Shown piece after piece: positions 1-9,400 of a stretch of 64,000 nucleotides of DNA. Every line of letters starts with the position of its first letter. Position 1 is the stretch's first letter. The stretch is from contig PLLJ01000021.1 in NCBI GenBank assembly GCA_003140935.1, positions 4,555 through 68,554 of the forward strand. The letters run 5' to 3'. Position numbers and translations under genes: made by a program. This DNA is from Candidatus Omnitrophota bacterium. Its GTDB lineage: Bacteria; Omnitrophota; Omnitrophia; Omnitrophales; Aquincolibacteriaceae. Below the pieces are notes generated by a model. It was not told the origin of the DNA. It did not search any database and saw only the letters and a list, made by a program, of their open reading frames with translations.

Positions 1-147
1 TTCGGGGAATGCGAGGTTCAATAAAGCAATCGAAGTGTCCGCGCCAGGCTCGGGCGTTTCGGATCTCGAAAAAATCGGGGCGGCCGTGAATGCGATGATC
101 AGAAAAACGGAAGCAACGAAGAGCCTTCTTGTCGGCAGAGCGCTCAT
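1..147 (-). CDS. 5' part of a probable exported protein, divergent from the giant gene (truncated by window edge)
   Basis: ATG at 147 preceded by GGAG. My translation is MSALPTRRLFVASVFLIIAFTAAPIFSRSETPEPG..., a basic then hydrophobic signal-peptide-like start; frame open to base 1. Confidence 0.65.
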   Translation of the reverse strand, partial: MSALPTRRLFVASVFLIIAFTAAPIFSRSETPEPGADTSIALLNLAFPE

Positions 148-459
148 TTCCAATTTCTCCAACGAGGTTGCAGCAGATGTGTGCTTAGTATATAGCCCAG
201 AACCTGTTTTAGAACAATAATTTCTCAAAAAAGTTGCCCTTGATTGTTGATTGAGCATTAAACTGTCGAAATCTTAAAACATTCAGGCGATAGCAATTTA
301 TAGCAAAAAATCACTAAAAATGGATTTTTATGCTAACAGAAAAAAATATGTTAAACAGACTATGATAAATCCTTTTCCAACAGGTTGAAATTTAAAGAAT
401 ATGTGCTAATCTTCCATTAAGCAGCCGTCAGAAAATTCTGAAAGGAAAATGTCCATTTC

Positions 460-3400
460 ATGAATTGTCTCAAGCAGTTACAAAGATTTTTTTCTGGAAT
501 AATCGCCATCATTTTCTTTGTGACCAACACGCTCGTTCCGGTTTCCATCGCCCACGCTGCGAACGTAGAATCTCCGGCATTTATTTCTTCATTCACGATC
601 CCCGCGGAATTCGGCAAGGTTACGGACAGGATCAAAGGCTCTGAAGCAGGTCCCCTTCTTATCCACATCCAGGAAGCCCACGCCAATTACGATGCGCAAA
701 AGAACATCAAAAATATTCTGGAGTATCTTTCTAAGAATTACGGTATCCGGTTGGTGCTTCTGGAAGGCGCGGGAAACAAGCTTGACGCTACATTGTTCAA
801 ATTTTTCCCCCGGGAACCCGAACTCCAGCAAACAGTGAACGAGAAGCTCATGCAAGCGGGTGAGCTTACGGGTGCCGAGCTCTTCCTGATATCCTCTCCG
901 CAAGGTGCGGCAGAGGGATGGGGCGTTGAGAAAGCGGAAGCGTACGCTCAGGACCGGGAGGCTTTCAAACGGGTTTTTGAAGGACGCGAGCTTGCGCAGG
1001 ACTTTTCAGAAACCTTTTACCGCCAATGGCAGAAATGCGCCTCGCTCCTACTGAGCAAGCCTCTCAAAGAATTCTTGACCCGCGAAACAGCTTTCGAAGA
1101 GGGGCGCTTGCCGCTTGCGGATTGGATGGTTTCCCTGAAAATGGCGGCAGCCCGCGATCTCAGGCTCGATCTGGACAATGTCTTGGAACAAAAGGATTGG
1201 CCGGTGCTTGTCCGTTATTTCCGGTTAAAGACGATCGACCCCAGGATCGACACCGCTCAAGTGGAAAAAGAGAAAACGGTATTTCTCAAGGATCTTACGC
1301 AACGCGCAACAGGTGACGTACAACAAAATACAAAAGATAAGGACGTTGAACGCCGCGCGTTGAACGTCGTGCGCGAAGTGGAGCAGGTTTTTGAGCAAGC
1401 AAAAAAGAATGATCGCCCCTCTTACAAAACCCGTTTTGTTTTTGAAAAATTACTCGATCAGCTCCCCAAAGACTTTTCGTTCGACGCCTATCCCAACCTC
1501 AGGCTCTACCTTCAGCAGATCATTCTCTTAAGCGAGATACAGGGCGACACCTTGCAGAATGAGATTAAAAATCTAACCGAAAAACTGACCGCTCGCCTTA
1601 TCAAGACTAAGCAAGACCGGCGGTTTGCCGGGATCCTGCATGACTTCCGCCTTGTCAAAAAACTTTTTGAACTCGAACTGAGCCGCAGCGAATACCAAAC
1701 CATTCTTTCCGACAAGATCACGCTCGAGAAACTTCTCCAGGAACTTCAGGCGCTAGACCCGGAAGCGAAGGTCCTCAACAAGAGTCCTTCGCCCAAGCTT
1801 TTGCGCCTCAAGTCTCTCTACGGGACGGCAATCCGTTTTTACGAAGGAGCGATCGAACGCGAAAATTGGATGATGAAGCAAGCGCTTGCGCGCATGCAGG
1901 AGCGTAAGCAGACGAAGGCTGTGCTAATCACCGGCGGTTTTCACACGGAAGGTCTCAAAGAAAAAGTCCTCAGCGCCGGCAGTTCCTACGTCGAGATCAC
2001 GCCGCGCATTGGCGAGGTCACCGCAGATTCCAGGAAGAACTACCTGACAGCCCTCTTAGGCAAAAAGACCGTTGAGACCTCTCAGATCGCAGCGCTGGTG
2101 CGAAGCGATATGTATTTTTTGAAAGAGGTTTTTCCGAAAGATTGGCGCAGAAAATTAGCAGAGCTCGTAACAAACCTTCGCGGCAAATTGCGACAAGTCG
2201 TCAGTCCTGAGAGAGCTCAGGAGGCGGTTAGCGATTTTCTTGCAGCGGCTAGAGGTGTTCCGGCTTTGCAGCCGGCCGGTGCCCGTTCAGAAATGCGGGA
2301 ACCCGGGCAAGACGTTGTCAGCCCAAAGCCGGACCTCCCGGGGCTGACGCTGGGGATCCCGTTGGATATCGGGTCCGAAAGACGGGGGACAGGGATCGTC
2401 GAATTCGGCGCACTCAAAAAAGCGGCAAGGTTGCTTGAGCCTCTTAAGGAGAGTTTCGGGATGGGCCGTGTCTATCCGTATAACAGTCTTTTTGCCACGG
2501 GCGACATCTCGTCGGGCGTTCATCAGGTTCCGAACAAAGGAGAGCATTTTTTAATTTCCAAGAACAGAAAGACAACCGTGATGGTCCGGGGTTATGAGAC
2601 CAAAGGCCACGAACTGGGCGGGTTGACGCTTCGGGACGGGGCGAACAATTTTTCCATTCTTAGCATGCTGAAGCTCAACCCCCGGTTGTCCGACTCCAAC
2701 GCGGCCGAAGGAACCGCCGAGAAAACGGAAAGGGACGTTCGCGCTTTCAATAAAAAAGCCCACGGTCTCGGGATCAAAACCATGGCCAATTTTATTCCCT
2801 GGCTTGCACCCGACGCCATCGATGAAACGAATCTCGATTGGACGTTTTACGAAAAGCGGACCGCCGAGGAGAATGAGTATTTCCGCAGCCTTTCCGAGAA
2901 CGCGAAACAAAATTACATCAATAATCTTTTAAGGGAAAAAAACGGAGCCTTTTTCGCCCGGAGAATGGGGCAGGGGGACAAGGAAGAGGTCGTGCTGATC
3001 CGGCATTTTCCGGGAATGGGCGAAAATAACTATAACACCGATCAAGTCCTGCTCAATATTTTTTCTCCGGGAGTCCAGAACTACTATAAACGGTCGTTGC
3101 GCTACCTCAAGAAGCTCGGATTCGATGCGATCCGGGGCGATATGGGAAGCTATTTGCTTAAGAAGAATTTGTCTGGATTTCTTGCCGCAGCCGGTTTAGA
3201 TCCAGCAGCTTTTAAAGACAAAGATCCCCTTCGGGAGATCCTGAAAGACGCTTCGATGGAAATGGTTTTTGAAGCCTACGATCCGGGTGACCAGGAAGCC
3301 CTGATCGAAGCCGGGGAACCTTCTCCAGTCGCGGTCTACAATGACAGTTTCTTCAGGGCCCTGGCCGAATTTTCAGCGAATCCTTTTATGGTTGCCGACA

Positions 3401-6400
3401 GGATCGGAGCAATCATCGAAGAAGTGCTCCTTTACAAGATCCGGCACCCCGGGACCAAGAAACGGTTTCTTTTATATCCCACCAATTTTGACCAAAATTC
3501 TCTTAATGCCATGGCGCATTACCCCGAAGACCTCGGAAAAGGGTTCTCCGTCGCCGGTGTGCTCGCCCTTTCGTTTGTCACGGCTTATTTGGCGAAAGAG
3601 GACCTGGGTGTTATGTTAATACTTCGGGACGCGTTAGGCCAACGAGGTGATATTCGCCCGATCGTGGGCGGAGACATTTCGGGTCACCGCGCCGCTTTAC
3701 ACGGGGAGCATGCGAAACCTTTCGTGAATACTGCTGAGGAGCTTGCCGCGAGGACCGATATTGACAAATTGGAGCAGGCGATCCGCGAGGCCCCGGCTGC
3801 GAAGTTCAAGCGGGAGTTCATGACGGCCGTGAAGGGGTCAAAACAGAATTTTATCCGGCTTCTCGATAATGCGGACCTGAGTCGCATCGTCACCCTGGGA
3901 TGGCGGACTGAAAAAGGGGAATGGGTGGTTTTTGCGGTGAATCTCCGGCCGCGGCAAGGGCCGATCGATCTTAGCTTTATTGAGTTCCCCGTCCCATCGG
4001 AAGAAAAGCCCCGAGTGGGATCATGGGAAGCAAAAGACGCCGTGACGGGGGAACCCTTAGCACTCGTTACGGAACTTGCCGACGGAAGAGGATTCCCGAG
4101 GATTCAGGACGTTTCCTTTACGGACACGGACTACCGCTTGATCGTCCTTACCCCTAAAGCAGAGACGCAGCGCTCTGAAGCGAGGGAACAGAAAAAAAGG
4201 AATTTTCCGGTCAAAGGGCTCAAGGCGATCGCCAACGGCGAGGCAAAAGGATTCGAATATTTTGGGGCCCGTGAAGCCCGGGACTATATGAACGCCGCGG
4301 CGCTTCATCTGAGCGGGCTCGAATTACCCAACAGGATCGAGCTCGCCGAAGATTTTATGACGGGATTCCAGGCTCGTACAACTCAATTAAAAAGAATGGT
4401 GGATGCAAGAAGAGAAAGAGCGGTCTTTTATTATGGTAGGGCCGATTTCAAAGGCTTTGAAGGAATGAAGCCCGCGGAGTTTCTTGAGGCAAAAGGGATC
4501 TCTTTAGAGCAAGTGAGAGGGAAAAATATCCATGTTGTCGACAAGTATTCCGGAATGTCCCATCACGTAACGATTTCTATCAACGCCACGAACCTTGAGA
4601 GAGAGTTAAAACCGACCAAAAGATTAAATGTTACGGCCGTTTCGGACCTTGATCTCATTTGGATGGAAAAGACCAGCGACGATTCCGAAGAACAGGATGA
4701 GGCACTCGATACGACGAATCGTTCCGAAATGCGGCAAGCGGAGGGTTTACAAGGTTTTGCTGAAAGCACAAACGAACCGAACTGGACTAAAACACATACG
4801 CCGCGCACTGCGAAACAACATATTTATAGCCGTCAGTGGGAGTGCGGGCTGCCGATGGATCTTCTCGAAAAGATCGAAAAATTATACGGTGCTTATGTGG
4901 CCGGTGAAATTTCCCAGGTCACGCTGACCGGAGGATTGGGGGCTTTGATGCCGGACCTTTTCGAGGCGTGGACCGCGATCGGGCTGAATGTGACCGGGAT
5001 CCACCCGCTTTGGAATTTTATCAAGAACACGCCCCTTAAAGGGGCTGATGCCGCAGGATTAAGGAAATTTCTTGGCGAGATCGCAAAGCAACAAATGGAG
5101 GACACCGGTATCAACTTTGACGTTTCCCTGAATGTCCCCGGCTCAACCAAGCCCCGCGTGGTCTCTTTCCGTGTCTACAAAACCCAGTCCATGGTCCACA
5201 AGGCGCCTCAATACTATCTGGATGCTTACACAACGACGGCGGACGGCAAGGAAGAGCCGGCCTTTTTGGAAGTTTATGATGACACCGGTAAACGCGAGAT
5301 CGACATGGCGTTTTTTGCGGCGGCGAGTGAACGGCTCATTCAGATCCTTGAGAAGGACCCCAACCCGGGCAATGTGGTTCTCATCGACCATGAAGTATTT
5401 GTCAGTTTGCCTACACGCTATCTCAAGAAAGCCAAACGGGTGACCCTTAACCATACTGTATTCCGGCCGGGTCTTTTTGAGGCCTGGGAAGGGTATTACG
5501 AAATGTTGAATTTCCCGGAACGGCTACGTTCGACGATCACTCACGACGGAAAAATCAGCATCGCCGATTTCACAGCGGAGGTCTTCCATTTGATCACCGG
5601 CGTGAACCTGGTGGAACATCTTCCTGCGCTTCTGAAGAACATTTTTCGGACTGCTTGGCACCGCGTCATCGGTTTTTATGATCAGGCAAAACAGATCCGT
5701 AGCACGAATGGGATCTTTTTGCCGCGTTGGCAATCTCGGGAGGAAAGGACCTTGATCGAACGGGCCAAGGAGAAGCTCTCGATCCAAAAACCGGAACACG
5801 GTCTTCCGGCGGAAGCCAATGACCGACAATTCTTTGAGGAATTGGACAAAAACCCGGATCTTCAGGAACAGTTCAAGATCCAGCAGGAGTGGGTTGGGGC
5901 GTCGGACGGCGCCAAACTTCTGATCTGGCTTCGCGAAAGACGGGGATTCAAGGGCGCTTCGGATTGGCTGGGGAACACCTTTAAGGAATACCAGAAACAG
6001 CACCAGATGAGCGACGCAGAGCTCGTGCGGCATTTGGAAGAAATGGAAGCACTCATTTCGAAAACCGTTTTAAATGATGCCCCCGAAAACTGGCTGAAAC
6101 TTGAAGAGAAGTTCGCTCAGGCCCGCGATCTCATTCTCGGAGACCCGATCGTTTGTAATGTCCGGCGGCAAGTCCCTTACAAAGGACCGGACAAATATGA
6201 AGAAATACTTGCCGGCGTAATCCAACAGGCGGCAAAAGAGGCCGGCCTCTCCAATGAAATAGAAGGAGTGAGACCTTTTAACGGACGTTTCAAGGCCTGG
6301 AAAGACGGCAAGCTCGACCGGGAAGCCTTTAAAGTGCTGAAAGAGAAGCTGAAAGGGCAGCCGGCAGTCGAGGAATTGCGGAAAGAACTTTGCCGCGTGC

Positions 6401-9400
6401 TCATCGGCGGCCGGACCTTTGATTTGGACGAGTCCCATGACCGTTTCCTGTATATCCGGTTCCTGACGGAAGTACTGGGAGTCGAAGACCGTGTCGCGAC
6501 CCTCGAAGATTACACTTATTACGAAGCGCAGATCATTGCTCGAGGAGTTCAAGGTGCGGTGATGTTGTCGGACGAAGATCTGGAAGCTTCATCCACATTT
6601 ATGATGAAGGTCAAAGCGAATCGCGGAGAGGTGGTCGGGCCTTATGCCGGCAGTAATCCCGAAGTCTGGGACATTCGCGTCGTTAAAACGATCGGTGACG
6701 TTAAAACGATCGGTGAGAAGATCGAGGTTTTGAATGAAAAAGGCGAACCCAATACCAAGGTCATTACTCAAGACATTCTGCGTGAAAAGAATCGCACCGG
6801 GGAATGGGAAATCCGGGACGGCATTTTTGTCGCCTATGCGGACGAGGAACTGAGCCGGCAAGAAGGCGGGAAGAGACGTCCGTCCGCCCGAAGCCTGTTA
6901 GAGGCTTTGAAAAAGATGAAAAAACTTCGTTCGGATCCCGCAACACGGCGCGAGCGCATGTATGCCGCGATCTCGAACTCCTGGAAAGTGGACATGGTGA
7001 CCGGGCAGGCAATGGCTCACGCCTATTTGATCGAGAACATGCTTCGGGAAGAAGAAGAAAAAGAAGCGATGTTCGATTCTCTGCGATTCGAGTCTTCCGA
7101 TTATGCCGTTCCGATGAACGCTCACGATTTCGGGTGGAAGACCCGCCATCCGTTCGAAAGATATTCGGCCAAGGATTTTGGACTCTTCGGATTGTTCCGG
7201 TCTTTTCGCGACATGAAAACTTGGCAGGACAAGGGACCGTCGACCCGTGGGATCCAGGCCCTGGAAAGTCTAAGGCATCATGCTCAGTTCGGAGATATTT
7301 TCAAATACCTGCGAGAAGGGGTCCTGGTTCATCTTTCGCCGGGGCTGCAGCCTTTCAAGGACAAGATCGAAAGCCTGGCGGCAAAGGCTGAAACGGCAAG
7401 CGATAAAGAAGTCATCGCCCTCAATCTTGAGGCCATGGACCTGACGGAAATGCTTTTGGTCCGCATGGCCGGAGATTGGTTTGAGCGATACATGCGGGCC
7501 GATTCGTTTGATGAAGCGGAACCTTTAAGAAAAGAATTGGTCCAAGGCGTGGGGGCGGACTCCCAACCCTGGGCCGATTATATTGTACGTTATCTTGAAG
7601 GGCATCCGGATGCCCGCGCCTTAAGAACCCGCGAGAATAAGATCCGGTCTTTTGTCTTTGCCCCCGCAGGCCAACGGCCGGTCATGGTCAGTCTTAACAT
7701 GGGAGCTATCGCGCACCGTGAAAAAGACGCTTCTTTCGAAGGTCTAAAAGCGCGCACCCAAGTGATCATTGACAAGCAAGCCTTTCTCACGTTGACCGAA
7801 AATGCGACCGATGTAAAGTTCGTTCATCTTCGGGAACCGAAAAGGAAAAATGATTACGCGGTGCTGGAAAAAAAAGATTCGGTCGCAGAAGCCGAAATGG
7901 AAATCGGGGTTGGCATTCCGATGCCTCTGGGTATCGAAGTGATCGAATGGCGTCCAATGAAATTATCGGAACTTACCTCGATCCTGGCGGCAGTGGCGGC
8001 TGGTGAACGGGAACCTTTGGCGATTGATTCTCTGACGCAATTGATCCGCGAAACAGGAGCGGACAATGAATTGCCGTTGACAGCGATATTGATCGCGGTC
8101 GGGAAACAGGAGTCTTCCGCGATGGCTTCTTTCCGTCAATTGATCCGCGAGGCGAGAACGGATTATGAACCGCCGGAAGGGAGAACTCCTGCCGATCATC
8201 TTACAGAGCAGTTGGCGGTCCTTGCGGGTTTGGACCGGAAGAATGCCGCCACTCTTTTCGGGGAGAACTTAAAACCCTTGATGATGCTGATCGGTCTGCT
8301 CCGGCCGGACCTTTTAAAAACATCGCAAATTGCTTCATGGGACCGGGAATTTTTCAAAAAAGTCGAACGTGCCGTGGCCGATATCCAGACAACTTTCGGA
8401 GAAAGCCACGCGGCTGCCAAACAACATAACTATTATGTGATTGACTCTTCTCATCACGGAGCACTTGTCCTTGCCCGAAAAGACGCCAAGGGTGATTCTT
8501 TTTTTGTGACATTGCAATTCGCCGCTAATGATCGTGATGCCGCAAGTGATGGAAAGATCACTACCCAAGTTTCTTCAGAAGGCCTTGCACGAATGATCGA
8601 TCAAGGTGCTTTTTATCGGGTTATTGATATGCTGACGGGGGAAGACTACGGAATTCGCGGGGATCTTCTGCATGGATGGATCATTCGCACGCCTTTTGTC
8701 GGTGGTGCTGACCGCGTTCAAATGCTTCATCTTGAGAAAATAACGCCCGCGTCACGTTCCGAAATGCGCCTGGCGCCGCTTGCACATTCTCTGGAACAGG
8801 GGATCACCGCGATCACCGCACTGCAAGCGAGGATCGCTTCAAAGGCCGTTCTCAAGGAATCCGGAAAAAGGAATCTGAATCACCAGCCGAATTACTTCGC
8901 AGGGGTTTATTCTTACGGGGACATTTTCTGGGGCGGCCTTTTCGCGTGGGGGAGCGTTGCCGCTTTTTCAAACAACGGATCGAAGGCAAACCTGATGTCA
9001 GAGACGCCGGCCGTTTCTTTACCTTCCGAGAACATCATGATCTCTCGCGCACTGAACATTCCAAGAAATAGGGGAGCGAGTCTGGGCAGTCCGAAAACGG
9101 CCTTTTCGGTCGTCCGCTCGGAAACAAGGGATCATCCCGAGCTGAAGCCGACCCTGACGGCGCTGATGGAACGGTCCGCCGAGTTTCGTGCTGCGACCCA
9201 GGCGTTCAAGGACGCGTCCCCTGTAGGGATCTCGAACGACGTCTATTGGAAAGAACCGAAATTCGCGGTCGGATTCGAACGTATGAAGGCCCGGGACTGG
9301 AATGCAACACCTCACAGGGAAGTGATCCAAAAGTTCCTCTCGCTTGTGGGACGGAAAGACAAGCCGGTGCTGGACGTCGGGATGGGCAGCGGGAGAGCCC

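Noticed and set aside
35-220. 61-aa plus-strand ORF
   Set aside because: The opposite strand has a better gene start, with SD and signal peptide.
1684-2115. RSEYQ and RSDMY as extra linkers
   Set aside because: Both lack the final Arg, use AGC for Ser, and lie within the N-terminal domain.
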